From contig CM022676.1 of NCBI GenBank assembly GCA_012295275.1, positions 8,432,001 through 8,496,000 on the forward strand: 64,000 bases of DNA, in the 5' to 3' direction. Below are positions 1 through 64,000 of the stretch, piece after piece (position 1 is the first letter of the stretch; every line of letters starts with the position of its first letter). This DNA comes from Chrysomallon squamiferum (lineage: Eukaryota > Animalia > Mollusca). The notes below the pieces were generated by a model. The model was not told the origin of the DNA and searched no databases. It saw only the letters and a list, made by a program, of their open reading frames with translations. The translations under genes and the position numbers were made by a program.

Positions 1-663
1 CTTAATACTGGGGGATTAGAGAGATTAAGAGTACAATATATTTTAAACTGAAAACAACAATCTAATCTAGCCTTTGTTCTTTTCACCGTTACAAAAGAAA
101 TGACCTGGTTATTTACCGTGATAAGCTAAAGTTTGTTTTGGTATCAAGAAAAGGAGAAGACAATTTTCAGGTTAAAACAAGCTATTTTGATAGTCCGAGA
201 TTGATTATAAAAACAGTCGCTGATTACGTTTTTCGGTCAATGAAAACTTTCTGCCTACTCATTGGTAGCAGAAAATAAGCAGATTTTCAACTACCAAGGA
301 GTTGGCACATTTGTGACCCACTCCTACGAAACTTGCACGAAGTCCCAGAATAGCGATCACCGCTTCTTGTTTTGACAGTAATTGATGGCTATTTTTATCA
401 GTTGGCAGAAGTTTGCTATTTTGAGTTTCTACGATCATTTTAACAGTAAAAATCAAAATCGCTTAACTTGGATTGTCATCAAGTTATCTGAAACAACAAT
501 CAGAAACTATGTGTTTAATTATTAAGCATTTTATTAACAAGAAATTCAACAGAATCCTCAGAGGTTTCCTTGACTTAGTCGACACAGTTTTTCAATCCAC
601 AGGAAAATATTTATATATATACACACAGTGGCTTTAATTCCGATGGCTACAGTGTTTAATGCA

Positions 664-990
664 TAGGTAGAGGATCCAGTATCCGAAATTCCAAAATTCG
701 AAAAGGTTTGAAATCCTTGCAGTGGAAAAATGTGATATATTACAGTTTCCAAATTTATTTTCCATTCATAAACTTTATTTTATGCACCAGATTATTTTGA
801 ATATTATTTAAAAAGTCAGGCAGACTATTTGCGTAAGCTCTGTATGAAACATAAACGAAATCCTTATTTAGACGTTAGATACTAATCTCCGGCTATTTCT
901 TTATGTTCCAAATTACGAAAAATTACGAAAAATTACGAAGTCCGAAACACTTCGAGTTCCAAACATTTCTGATAAAAGATTCTCAGCTGC
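664..990. mobile_element. Tc1/mariner Tigger/pogo-type MITE resembling MER46C/Tigger4
   Basis: Degenerate TIRs (taggtagaggatccagtatccgaaat ... atttctgataaaagattctcagctg). The 3' end ccgaaacacttcgagttccaaacatttctgataa and internal tgtatgaaacataaacgaa..tttagac resemble the MER46C consensus as recalled. About 330 bp. Confidence 0.65.
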
Positions 991-1410
991 ACTGGAACAC
1001 GAAAATTAATTATTCCATCGTGAAGAAATTAAAGTGCGCCAATGTCAGTACAAATTATCTGAGATAAAAGGTAAATGTAGTTATACTTCTAAGTTATTAA
1101 CTATTGTGTAGTTCTGGGCAAACAGTCATCATTAAAAACAAATTATAACACTGAGGTAATCAGATTGTATTTAGGCTATGTCTTTCAAGTAAAGCTAGCC
1201 GAAAAATATACCCGAAAACTACAACAAATAAATAAATAAATAAATAAATAAATAGACAAACAAATGAATGAAGAATGAACGAACAAACAAACGAACAACA
1301 ACAAACCAACAGATAAATAAATAAATAAATAAATAAAATAAACAAACGAACAAACAAACAAATTAATTAATTAATTAATTAACAAACAAACAAACAAATA
1401 AACAAACAAA

Positions 1411-5627
<4,217 letters not shown>

Positions 5628-6239
5628 CCTGATTTCTCAAATTTCTCCCACGAAATGTGTAAAAAAAAAAAACTCTGCGATATGTTTATACTGACGGAAA
5701 ATCAATCGACAATTCATCGATAATCAGTAGATAACAGAAGCAATTCGCCAATAACGTACGTACCTGACGAGTTTAATACCAATATATTTACCTGTTATTT
5801 ACCTGTTATCAAATTCATTAGCCGCCATTGCTTTTTAATATTTAATATTTAATTTCGATTGGACGTTTAAATATATAACAATGATTTTGATTGAATTGCA
5901 CTGAATGCTTTGTGGAACTGTCAAATGCGTTTACTAACATGTTTTGACTGTTGTTTTTCTTTTTTTTTGTATTTCTAATTGCGTCATTTATAATTTATAG
6001 TAAGTGACGTTATTTTGATCGATTCCATGTAAAGTGGTTAGCAAATATTCAGAGTTATTGTGAGTAGTTTTGAGTTCGTCATTTTCCGTGATATTAATTT
6101 TAAAGCATTAATTTGACCTCAGTCGTGTACAAACAGCATAAATATTATTTTGATTATTTTCAGGTTAATGTTTTATTAGTTGCTCGCAGTCAGTCTTTGT
6201 TAATAATAAAGTTAGTATAACACCACAATCAGAGATCGT

Positions 6240-6432
6240 GCCCACGCCGCCATATTTACATTTTCTGTGACGTCATTTCGTTCAGAAATGGGGGAAAAAA
6301 GGGAAATCAGACGAGAAAACATGTGACGTCACTAATTACTCATCACAAATGGGAGACAACTCTCTGCCGATACTGATTGGCTGGAACTCGGCATTTCACT
6401 TTTGTTGATGTTAAATTAAAGATGGCTGCCGT
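6240..6432. promoter_or_regulatory. Promoter-like motif cluster between the divergent lectin and Ig genes
   Basis: Two TGACGTCA (about 6268 and 6324), ATTGG (CCAAT) near 6376, and opposite-facing YY1-like motifs CGCCGCCATATT (about 6246) and AAGATGGCTGCC (about 6419). Confidence 0.4.
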
Positions 6433-8637
6433 CAAATAAAAAAAAAAAAAAAAAAACTCTTTTCTTCAGTAGAAGACAAACCTCTTAGTAACGAAGTTTG
6501 TAAATAACCATTTTTTGTCTGATATCTGTTTATTAAAAATGCAGGGTCCAAAAAGAATCATGGACTGCATTACCAACGTATGAACTGTCGGTCGTGAGAA
6601 AACAACAACATGAAAAATTGTGAAATGCGCTCATGGACTTTGATAAAAGCAATAAAGGTAAAATCAGAACGGAAGTTCGTACGTACGTTTTGCGTGTGTG
6701 TGTGTGTGTGTGTTTGTGTAGGTGTAACAAACAAACAAAGCAAAAAACGATAACATGTTGTTTCATGAATACACCATTAAAAAAATGTAATAATAATAAA
6801 AATTTGGATACGTTTTAGTGTTTAAAGTTATTATTCATCAATGCTGTTTTGTGTTGATAGAGCGTATTTCTATATATATATGTCGGATTTTTGTTGTTGT
6901 TTTGTTGGGTTTTATTAGTGTTTTTTCATTGTTTTTCTTTGATTCTTATTATTTATATATTGGTTATTTCTATTTGCTTTGTTTTTTCAGACATAATTTT
7001 GATTAGCTGTAAATCTTGACTTTGTCAGATTTAATCATTAGATGCTTATCATAAAATAAAGTTTAAAAATAATGAATGAATGAATAAAAAAAATTAATGA
7101 ATGAATGAATGAATGAATAATAAATAAATTAATAATAATAATAATAATATTGTATGTTTTATTAGGAACATTTTGTTTATCTATATCAGATATCCTGTTA
7201 ATCGTTTATCCTATAAGAAGACTAACCGTTTATAATAATAGGGCAATCATTTTTGCGTTAACAGTTTAACAGTTTGTCAAGAAGAAAGAAAAACGACATT
7301 AGGTTAACATCGATATTAGCACGTATTTTATTCTAATTCAGAATGTTCTGATTTACAAAGAAAGAAAAACAATAGCACACACACACACACAACACATAAA
7401 CACATACACATACTTACAAAGATATTATAATAGATCATTTAGCTATATTCATTACATACATTATCGTTGCCATATACCCGCACATGACGTTCTATTACGA
7501 ACATTTGTATAGGATTTGTCTTTGCTGATAACACTTGAATACAGACCTTTGTACCAGCAGATAACACACACGTTACTGCACGTTTTTAAACGTGACAAGG
7601 CTACGCATGTCTTGTAACGAATTCTGAACTGCTCGTCTGTTCTGTATGAGATAATGTTTAGTTCTTTGTATACCTGGATGTTTAACTTCCAGGACTGGGT
7701 ATGGTTATACATAAAACACAGGCAGGAGCCATTGTAATACAGGAGGGGTGGTGAGTGGTAGGGTGGGGAAGAGATATTTGAATATTAAAGAGATTTGTGT
7801 TATTGTTGGTGCGGTTGTTGTAGTTGATGTGGACGTTATTGCTGTATTTTTTTGTATTTTTTGGGGGGGTTATTTGGTGTGTTTTTTTTCTTCTTCACTT
7901 ATTTATTATTGTATTTGTTGTTGTTGTTGGTGTAGCTGTTGGTTTTTTGTTGTTGTTGTTGTAGTTATAATAATAATAATAATAAAACATAGTAATAGTA
8001 ATAGTAGTGTTAGTAATAGAAGTAGTAGAAATGGTAGTAAAGGTAGTGGCAATAGTGGTAATACTTGTAGTAGTGGTTCTACTAGTAGTAGCAATAGCAA
8101 CTGTAGTACTAGGCAGTATATTAGTATTAGCTTTAACAGTTGTAGTAGTAGTAGTAGTAATAATCATAATAATAGCAACAACATTAATCATAATAATTAC
8201 GATATTGGTAACAACAGATATAATAAAATGATTATCAACAACAGCATTAACAACAACAACAACAACAACAACAGTAATAATAATAAGAAGAAGAAACAAA
8301 AAAGTATCGTTATATCTTTACAACACGCGCAGTTCAGAAAAGTCATGCACTGTTACCATTACGGCAAAATCGTCGGTTTTGATCTGTACTCGCTATATTG
8401 CTGAATCATTCTTTCTAGTTCCTGTTTACAACAAGTCTAGGCTTGTAACGCGCCCTCAACGTTGATCTAAACCAGGTTATACATACAATTGCACAGAGAA
8501 AAAAAAAAAGCCCCCAAAAACAGAGGACTTGTACGTATATCATGTCAATCTTACGTTTTTTCCGTGTATTCGAGAATTCGAGATTTTGAGAGCATGGTTG
8601 TTTGTTTGTTTGTTGTTTTGTTTTTTTAATTATTAAC

Positions 8638-14375
<5,738 letters not shown>

Positions 14376-14496
14376 ATACTTAAGAGTTTACCTTCATGTT
14401 CTGACTATCGGCAGTTCGTGAGATCAAATCTGCAAAAGGGAAATTGATTGAAGAACATAAATTAACAGAGTGTATCATTATTATGGTTTATATTAT

Positions 14497-14543
<47 letters not shown>

Positions 14544-15087
14544 TTTTACTTAGTTTTATAAAAGAACTGACTGCATCCTAAAGAAATAAGTACATACTAA
14601 CGAATTAAGCACATAGAGTAGAAACACGTTTCTGCGTATCCGTATTTGATTGTATTTTATACGCTCATACATTTAACATAAGACTGTGTATAATAATGAG
14701 TTAATTTCTTGGTATACTCGTACATAAAACATAAAACAATGTATATAATGAGATGGTGTCGTTATGTATTTTTATCACAGAGTAGAAGTAGATTATTTAC
14801 TGACTTAGAAGATAAATGTATTATTTAATTTCTTTTCCAAAACTATGAACTGGATTTGTTGCGTATAGTTCCTTACCCATACAGGTTGTCACTATACACA
14901 ACAATACACAGTCACGTACCAGACAAAAATATTACAAAGATAAAAATAATTATTTAGTATTATTATCTTTTATATATGCACGTACGTATATATAGTATAT
15001 TTGTTTGTCTTTCTCTCGTTTGTTTGTTGTCGTTTATTATTTAGTAAGTATGTATTGTAAGTGTCTATGTGTTAGTATTTAGGATTT

Positions 15088-15248
15088 TGAATATTCTCTG
15101 TCTTATGCACGTCTGATTAGACTCTGCACATAGACAATATTCGGGAACTCACTGGCGCAGGAGGACAAAGTCCAATCACGACCTCACAAACCCGTCAGAT
15201 GCCGCTGACGAGACTCGAACCTATGACACCCATTCACCCACACTCTGT
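15088..15248 (-). mobile_element. SINE-like interspersed repeat, copy 1
   Basis: Reverse complement matches 33070-33203; contains B-box-like GGTTCGAGTC. Confidence 0.65.
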
Positions 15249-16334
15249 AGGAGGACGAATGTACCAGTCATATATGTATATGTGTGTGTGTGTATGTATG
15301 TATGTTTTTGCATGTATGTATGTATGTATGTATGTATGTATGTATGTATGTATGTATGTATGTATGTTTGTATGTATGTATGTATGTATGTATGTATGTA
15401 TGTATGTATGTATGTATGTATGTATTATACACACACACACACACACACATATGAGATAATAAATACTGATTCTGTAAACCTAGTTAAGGCTTTCTCACAC
15501 TAACACTCTCAGTAATAGTTTGTGACAGTCTGTTGTGTGTGACAAGTACCAGTATAATAACATTACGTACGCACACACCTATAAAAACGATTCATTTTCG
15601 CTTAGATCTTTCTGAGGTCCAAATAAAAACTCTTACAGTGAGATTTACTTCAAAAACTGGCTTTGTTGACGACAACGGTAGCAATGTCAACGACAACGGT
15701 AGCAAGGTTTAACAATATTAATGGATATTCGCTATTCAGATAGAAATTCTAAGAGCAATGAATTGTATGGTGTTAGCTGCGATTTGTAAGTATCATAATA
15801 ATACTGTCTACTGCCCTGGTTTTTGCGTTATCGTTTGTTTTGAATGAATGACACGAAAAAAGGGAGAAAAAAATAAAAAGTAATAATAGTATTAACAAAA
15901 AAATAAAAAAATAAAAAAAAATAAAGACAGTAATAGTAAGAAGAAAGAAGAGAGAAAGAAAAAAAAAAGAAAAACAAAATCGTCAAAAGAAATTACGTCC
16001 CATGGACCGACATAAAAGATTTCAAAACGGGACGCCTAAACGAATTTATAATTCTGCAGTATACAAAAGAACGGTGTTTGTCTCTTTTTAGACGACCCCG
16101 AAAAAAATGGTACGGATCTGGTCGTTAGAATTCTTTTGAAGAGCTCGGGGTGTGTGTGTGTGTACACAGAAACTATCCCAGTTTGGAATGCAGAGTGGAC
16201 ACACGAAGCAAGGCATGATTTAAAACTGTGGAAGGTTGATGGGTTGGTTCGTCATTGTGAACTGGCAGATTTGTCTTCATATACGACGCTCAAGAATCAA
16301 AATTTAGCTTCTGCTGGACTAAAGAACAGACGAC

Positions 16335-23336
<7,002 letters not shown>

Positions 23337-23698
23337 ATTTCTATTTTTAGACGCTGCACCCGATTCGTACGTTCCCGTGGAGCCGGTTAGTGCCGAAGAT
23401 TACGAAAAGCAAAAACTTGGCGCTCAAACGGAAGTTTGAAACTCGAAAACGAAGGCGTATTTCAGCAACACAGAACAAAAATACACTTAGACAGACAAAC
23501 TGAAATTTACAAAATAGGAACGAATTTTTTTTATTATTATTATTATTTATTTTTTCATCGCTTCTGCTAAGTTATTAATAATATTCATCGCCATTTGCAA
23601 ATTGTGTTAGAATCTAATGAGAAAATTTTTATGTTTTTCAGAGGGCATACTGTTATCGTATTCATATTCTGCTTTTAATTTTTGTTACTGTTGTTGTT

Positions 23699-23739
<41 letters not shown>

Positions 23740-24130
23740 TCTTATTCCTGCTAATATTACTACTATTATTTAGTACTATTATCATTATTGTTAATGTTGA
23801 AGTTATTATTATTAAATTTATTGTTATAGTCATATTCAGCAGCATTATTATCATCTTCATCATCATCATAATCATTCTTATTACTCCCCCTAGTACTACT
23901 ACTACTGCTACTTCAACTACTACTTTTACTATTTAATATTATTGTCATTGTTGTTAATGTTGAAGTTGTTTGTTCATTTATTGGTATTTTTTATTATTTC
24001 TTTATTATTTTACTTATTTATTTATTTATTTATTTATTTATTTGTATGTTTGTTTCTTTGTTTGTTGCTTTCTTTCTTTGTTATTTTAATATATATAATT
24101 TTTACTAATTTAATTATTTGCTTATCTGCT

Positions 24131-24177
<47 letters not shown>

Positions 24178-24454
24178 TTGTCTGTTATATGAATTTGACT
24201 TCAGTTCATCACAGCTATCTCTAAATCTGCTCACTTGACAATAGTATCTCTGAAAAAGTCAACATTCTTTTTTTATTTATATTTAACAGAAGTAAAAACC
24301 ACCTCTTTTTACTTATTATTTTGCTTTGTCTGTTTATTATTTTATTTTTTTCATAGCTTACATGTAGGCCTGGATCCATCCATCCACACATCCTCACATC
24401 CATACATCCGTCAATACATACATACATACATACATACATTATTCATACATACAT

Positions 24455-24489
<35 letters not shown>

Positions 24490-24569
24490 TACATGCATGC
24501 ATGCATACATACACACACACATACATACATGCATACATACATCCATCCACACATCCATACATCCGTCAG

Positions 24570-24601
<32 letters not shown>

Positions 24602-25176
24602 TACATTCATGCATACATATATTCATACATACATATTTGTATAAATATCATAGTACATCCATATATATATATATACTTACAGAAATAAATTTGAACGTAC
24701 ATTTTTGCATACACCTACATATTCAGATATATAGGTATCAACTTATATGCACATACACATAAATATACATACTGATAGAAACATAATTTGAAAAAATATA
24801 TATAAAGAAAATAATAATAATATTAAAAAAAAAAAACTAATAAACAAACAAAGTAATAAATAAATAAAATAAAAAAACGAAAACAAATACAAAACAACAG
24901 ACATGTCACTGACATTAGCAGAAAATACTCGTCATTAAATATCCATCAGTTATTTTAAATTATACAGAACACTCATTTAATCTCGGCTCTCCCTACAGAC
25001 ACGAAATACTCTCCTAACACCTGCCAAATACACGATACATTACATAACTACTTTTAAATAAAAAAAACAAGTCTAGACATATCGTTGCATACATCGGTAT
25101 AGGGCAGTGTGGAGAAGATGTATTTATGTTTGTATGTGTTTGTGTGTATGTGTGTGTGTGTGTGTGTGTAAATATG

Positions 25177-25264
<88 letters not shown>

Positions 25265-26440
25265 TAAATAAAAACTAACATCCTAAGATGACCTCTGATT
25301 ATTTAACAATCGCAATAACAGAATAATTTTCTCTTGTTTTGATGAACGTAATTATAAATAAACAGAGCTATTTACGTGGTGTCTTCTGTATTTACTTTTG
25401 ATGATAGGGATGATGAAATTGTGCATATATAAACATACATATACACACACCCACACACCCAACACACACACACTATATTATACATATGCACCATATGTAC
25501 ACGCATAGATATATAAAGACAGACAGACAGACACATAGATTAACTGACTGAATGAATGATAGGTAGATAGATATGTAGACAGGTAGTTAGGTAAACAGGG
25601 AGACAGATAAATAGATATATTGAAACATAGATAGAGACAGATACATGTAGCTAGATGAAAAAAATACTGATAGATAAATAGATAGAGAAATGTGTAGATT
25701 CGTAGATACATAAGTAGATATGTAGCCAGATTCGTACATAAGTACAAACATATACAAACATATGCGGCGGGTACGGTGACAAAATCGATTTTTATTTTAT
25801 TTCATCCCTTCATTTTATCATCATCATTATCATCATCATCATCATCATCATCATTCTTATTACATTATACATAACTATTTTCTGAATATAAAAAGTTCAA
25901 CAATCTACGTCACACCATCAGCCAAGACACAAAATATCGTAGACAAATATCATCAAAAATGGCTGTAGGTACATCTACGTTTCTGAAAATCACGCGAACA
26001 AGATTTGAAAAAATATATATTTTTTGTTTTTGTTTTCAATAACAAAATAAACGTCTCTCTCTCTCTTCAAAGCAAACAGATTGATGATAATATTTGAAAT
26101 GGTGCTTTCAAACCAGTGATCTATGTCAGATCACTTCATGCAAATGAGATACATTTTCATTATCTTCAATCATCAAAGCAAAACAAGCTATTCAACAGAA
26201 GACGTTTCTCTTAAATCAAAGCAAGTAGGCTGCACAATGGAATATATTACGAACAGAATGGATGAAACGGGTCTGTTTGTTTAAACTGATGTTTGGCAAA
26301 AAGAAGAAAGATTTGTTCTGTGTTAGCGGCCGTAAGAGTCCGGAAGGCCAACAGAGGGCGTTGTTCTTATACGTCATTAGAACTGAATATCAAAATTGTT
26401 ATCTGTGTGTGTGCGTGCGTGCGTGTGTGTATGTGTGTAC

Positions 26441-26481
<41 letters not shown>

Positions 26482-26675
26482 GAGAGAGAGAGAAAGAAAG
26501 AGGGAGAGAGAGAGAGATGGATAGATATAAAAAAATATAGATGTATAAATATATATATATAGATAAGACAGAGAATATTCAAATCCTAAAACACATACAT
26601 ACTTACACACACACACAAACGCACACATATATACACATCTACTTCATACACATACATCCATACATACGAATGTAG

Positions 26676-26710
<35 letters not shown>

Positions 26711-27124
26711 TATACATACATATACATACATACATATAAAATATATATATATATACATGTATGTGTTGGTATAAGTATGTATGTAGGTGTGGGTGTGGCT
26801 GTATATATGTATGTATTTATATATATATATATGTATGTATGTATTTTAGGATTTGAATGGTCTCTGTCTTGTGTACGCATGATGATGTATACGTACTTTA
26901 GACACGATCGATGCGGTTACGAGCGCGCACTTTAAACAAACAATATTTCATGATATATCGCTGTCCCATTCGCGCGCTCGATATGTATCGATCCGAGGCA
27001 GAATTTCAACCTTTCGAGTGATTAACAATTCATTTAAGCGATAATTTGTCACAGAAAGAAAAAAAAAAAAAAAAAAAAAAAAATCTTCGGACACCGAGAA
27101 CCATGAAAACATTTTACCCGACTG

Positions 27125-27210
27125 TGTTTATTGCCATAGAAACCGAGATCTCGCCGATGGTCCGAATCTGTCTCTATGGAAATGACGCCGACCGCGCATG
27201 CGCATGCCGT
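27125..27210 (+). promoter_or_regulatory. Putative PDE9A promoter: two RFX X-box-like motifs and an NRF1/EWG site
   Basis: ATTGCCATAGAAAC 27130-27143, GTCTCTATGGAAAT 27170-27183 and GCGCATGCGCA 27194-27204, about 270-340 bp upstream of the ATG. Confidence 0.55.
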
Positions 27211-27468
27211 CTGGGAAAAAAACGACATCGGGAGAACGAGAGTGACAGCTGCGGTGAAGAACAGCGATCAGTACAACAACGAAATATCGAAAAGATGCAA
27301 CGTGACACCGTGTACGTCTACAGACAGCGTTAGTACACGAGTGTCGTCAACGTAGGACGGTGCTGTCGTCTTTGCCAACGTTGCTAATTGATTAATTTGT
27401 TTATTTATTTATTTTGTTGAATAGAAAGAGACTTTATTTAAAAAAAAAAAAAAAAAAAAAAAGCAAAT

Positions 27469-60191
<32,723 letters not shown>

Positions 60192-60340
60192 GTAAATAAA
60201 ATATTTTATTTCTGTTAATAAATACTCTGTTTTACAACAGATCACTCACTGCTGCATGACGAATGATGTGCATTATATTTAGGTATTTCAATAAGCAAGT
60301 AGAGACAGAGGGACAGAGAGGAATAGAGAGATTGCTTCTT

Positions 60341-60436
<96 letters not shown>

Positions 60437-60811
60437 GTTGTTGTTGTTGTTGTTGTTACAGTTATTGTTAGTAGTTGTAGTAGCAGTAGTATCATTATTA
60501 GCTGTAGTATTGTTGTTGTTGCTGTTACAGTTATTGTTAGTATTATTATTAGTAGTAGTATTGTTTTTGTTGTTACATTTATTGTTAGTATTATTATTAG
60601 TAGTAGTAGTAGTAGTAATATCATTATGTGTAGTAGTATTGTTGTTCTTTTTGTTATTGTTAGTTATTGCTAGTAGTAGTAGTATCATTATTATTATTAT
60701 TGTAGTTGTTGTTGTTGTCGACGTCTTCGTGATAGTCATCATTATCATCATCATCATCACTGTTATTGTCCTGTCTTTGATTCCAGCTGCTAGACAGTTA
60801 TGATTGTTTCC

Positions 60812-60844
<33 letters not shown>

Positions 60845-63133
60845 GTCCGTAACAGACTACGATGAGCTATTCTCAGCATTTGTAGATTAATCAAATGTCA
60901 AACGTGAGATCGTATTTAATGACAAAACTCTGATACCTGAAACCCGCTTCTTTATAGATTGATCATATTCATACACGCAGACTTAACCACGACCATCAAT
61001 TATTAAATTTGATAAAACAGTCATAAGCTTAATACGACTGATACTGGTCTACGCATTAAAATTAATACTACAAACGAGTATTTAATAGGAAGAACAAAGG
61101 AATACATATTGTAAGATCCAGAGCTTGAGACTATTAAGTAATACCAGTTTAAATGTATATAACAAACAACGACTACTACTTTTTGATACGGCTAACATAC
61201 CTGCACGTTTTAATATTAATAGATCTCTAAGCTACTTAATAGAACCAACATAGGTATAATGTCTCAAAATTTACAAATCAAATGACTATATAAAGTTTAT
61301 TATTCAAACGATTATTTAATAGGAGCAACGATTATTTAAAAGGTATGCATATTAAATAAAGACAATCTAATAAGATTAATATAGATGTACGTATCAAAAT
61401 TTATAATGTAAAAGTTTATTAAATAAGACTATTATAGACAGATGTGCTAATTAAAATGTACAGTTAATGACTGTTAAATAAAACTAGTATAGATGTAAGT
61501 ATTAAAATTTATAATAAAAACAACTATTAAATATACTATTATAGATGTACGTACATTAAAACATATAATATAAATGACTATTAAAATTTATAGAACAAAC
61601 GGTTAATTATTAAAACCAACAATGATGTCCGTATTAAAAGTTAAATAGCAGAAGGCTGCTTAGTACGATTAACACAAATATACGTATTAAAGTTAATAAA
61701 ACAAACGACTATTTAATCAAAACAACAACACAGATATGCGTATTAAAATTTAAAACCAGTTAAAGACCTTTTAGTACTATTAACACAAATCTACGTATTA
61801 CAGTTTCATAAAACAAACGACTCGGTCGCTGCATCGTTTGAAAGGCGAGGTCCAAATAAAATAACAGATCTTTGCTAAAAGCTTTGATGAGCGGAAATCC
61901 CCATTGGAAAGCAGCCGATAACTGATTCATGTGATAAATTAGTGTTGATCGGTTTCATATGAAACGTCATTGTTTATTCCATTACTGAGCAGACGACTAG
62001 CGGCGGCCTCTAAGAAAAAGCTATTACCGCTAATTCGGGGTAATCATATTTTTATCGATTGGTAAGTACTTGCGGTCAGATGATTAATAGACTGGTCAAA
62101 GCTCCTTTGCTTATATGATTTTATTATTTGTACTGGTTTCGACGCTTTTATTACGCAGTAGCGTTCTTGTGTGTGGAGGTGGGGGTGGGGTGAAGGGTAG
62201 AAGATAGGACAACAAACATGTGACGTCATAGAAATGGGTGTGTTTGTGTTTGTATGCGTCATAATTATACTCGCGTAGTTTGAAGGTTTTTTTTTATTGT
62301 TGTTGTTGTTGGTTTTAGGTAAGTAGTTTTAGCAGTTTAAAGTTTCGTTATGATTATTACACTGGAGGGAATTTTCTCAAAATAAATCTTTAGTAATCTG
62401 AATTGTAATGTAAAATAGTTTTTCCTGTAATTTATTTATTTATTTATTTATTTATAGCTATAATAATAAAAACAGTAATAACAAAAACAGTAATAATAAT
62501 AATTAATAATAATGAAGATACAATAATAATAATAATTAATAATAATGAAGATAACAATAATAGTAATAATAATAATAATAATAATAATTACAAATTAATA
62601 ATAATAATAATAATAATAATAATTCTTTATCGATCATTGTTATTCATTAGGTCAGTATGGAATAGAAAACCATTTGTTATGTTGTCGTAGTTGGTGGTTG
62701 TTGTCAACATTGTTCCTCGTCATCTAAAATCAATATTCATTGTTTTCTTTAAATTATTGCTGATAATGTGCATGTTGCCATGACATTAGGTTTTATCTCA
62801 CATTATTAATGTCAATTTTAGTGACAGCTGTTACGCTCGAGTTACCTGCGCGAGCGCTGGAGGTTATCTCCCTTGACCTATGAGAGTTATTTCTCCTAAT
62901 GGTTCCGCCATTTTCCCTTAAGTGCTCAGTTTAATTTGTTCTTTAATTTTTAATTTAAAATTATTATTATCATTATTATTATTATTTTTGTTGTTGTTGT
63001 TGTTATTGTTATTATTATTATTGTTATTGTTATTATTGTTATTATTATTATTATATTATTATTATTGTTGTTGTTGTTGTTGTTATTGCTATTATTATTT
63101 TATTATTATTATTATTATCATGATTATTATTTA

Positions 63134-63165
<32 letters not shown>

Positions 63166-63512
63166 AATTATTATCATCATCATTATCATTATCATTATTA
63201 TTATTACTGTCGTTATTATTATGATTATTATTATTGCATTATTATTATCATTACTACTACTACTACCACAACCACCACGACTACAAACTACTACGACGAA
63301 CGACCGCGACGAATACAGCTATGTGTTATCAAGGTGATGTGAACGAACGCTGTCATAATCTTGCCAATAATTTCGACACGGCGTTTTCAAAATTTAGGCA
63401 AAATTATGATTGTTATCATCTCTGTTGTCAGTTGTCTCCCTTGTCTTACATGCTGCATGTGTGCACGAGTCTCGGTTGGTTAGACAGGGTGTGTGTCTGT
63501 ATGTTTACGTGG

Positions 63513-63544
<32 letters not shown>

Positions 63545-63861
63545 TGCGTGCAATCTCGCTATCATTTTTTTTTCACTCCAGCAGTGAACCGTGAACGCGG
63601 AATTCGTAAATTGCAGTCACGTGACCATACTATACCTTTTCTACATTAAAGTTAACAAAGTTATTGAAACGTCATCATACTAAATCTGTTGCCCCGGGCA
63701 ACGTCGACATTTAACTGCGATGAGTCAGAGTTATTTCCCGTAGGCGGGTTAGTTTTAATACTACAATCGTCTGTTATTTTCCTTTAGGTTATTTTTTAAT
63801 CTTCATAATTATTTGATTCTTCTTCTTCTTTTCTTTATTATTATTATTTATGCTATTGTTA

Positions 63862-63952
<91 letters not shown>

Positions 63953-64000
63953 AGTTCTCGTTCTCTTAATCGATATTTTTATTTCTTTATTTCTTTATTT

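Noticed and set aside
1-560. Unique-looking sequence with a 65-aa minus ORF, possibly a transposon remnant
   Set aside because: No recognisable motif or reliable splice signals; cannot be supported without a search.
27046-27333. 95-aa ORF upstream of PDE9A
   Set aside because: Non-ATG start running through poly-A. It overlaps the promoter/5' UTR motifs and resembles no protein I recognise.

Overview
AT-rich, microsatellite-dense animal genomic DNA with spliced GT-AG genes, probably from a mollusc (inferred from the CTLD+PAN architecture and repeat landscape; not proven). Almost all ORFs in the supplied track are translations of simple repeats. Reading splice sites and phases gives four genes. 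(1) A 5-exon minus-strand secreted C-type-lectin-domain + Thr linker + PAN/apple-like protein (1411-5627). (2) A 6-exon plus-strand single-Ig type I membrane protein (8638-14375). (3) Its 7-exon paralogue with a ~300-aa PTTT mucin stalk, Cys-rich TM end and Tyr-containing tail (16335-23336, with a probable +1-frame true C-terminus ending -QTEV at 23439). (4) The first two coding exons of PDE9A (27469-27537, 60121-60191), separated by a 32.6-kb intron. Also present: a Tigger4/MER46-like MITE, an internally deleted MULE with TIRs and a probable TSD, two copies of a SINE-like repeat, and several minisatellites. The best candidate for an undescribed system is the lectin plus short/long Ig-receptor cluster. 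All gene models are manual and need RNA-seq confirmation.
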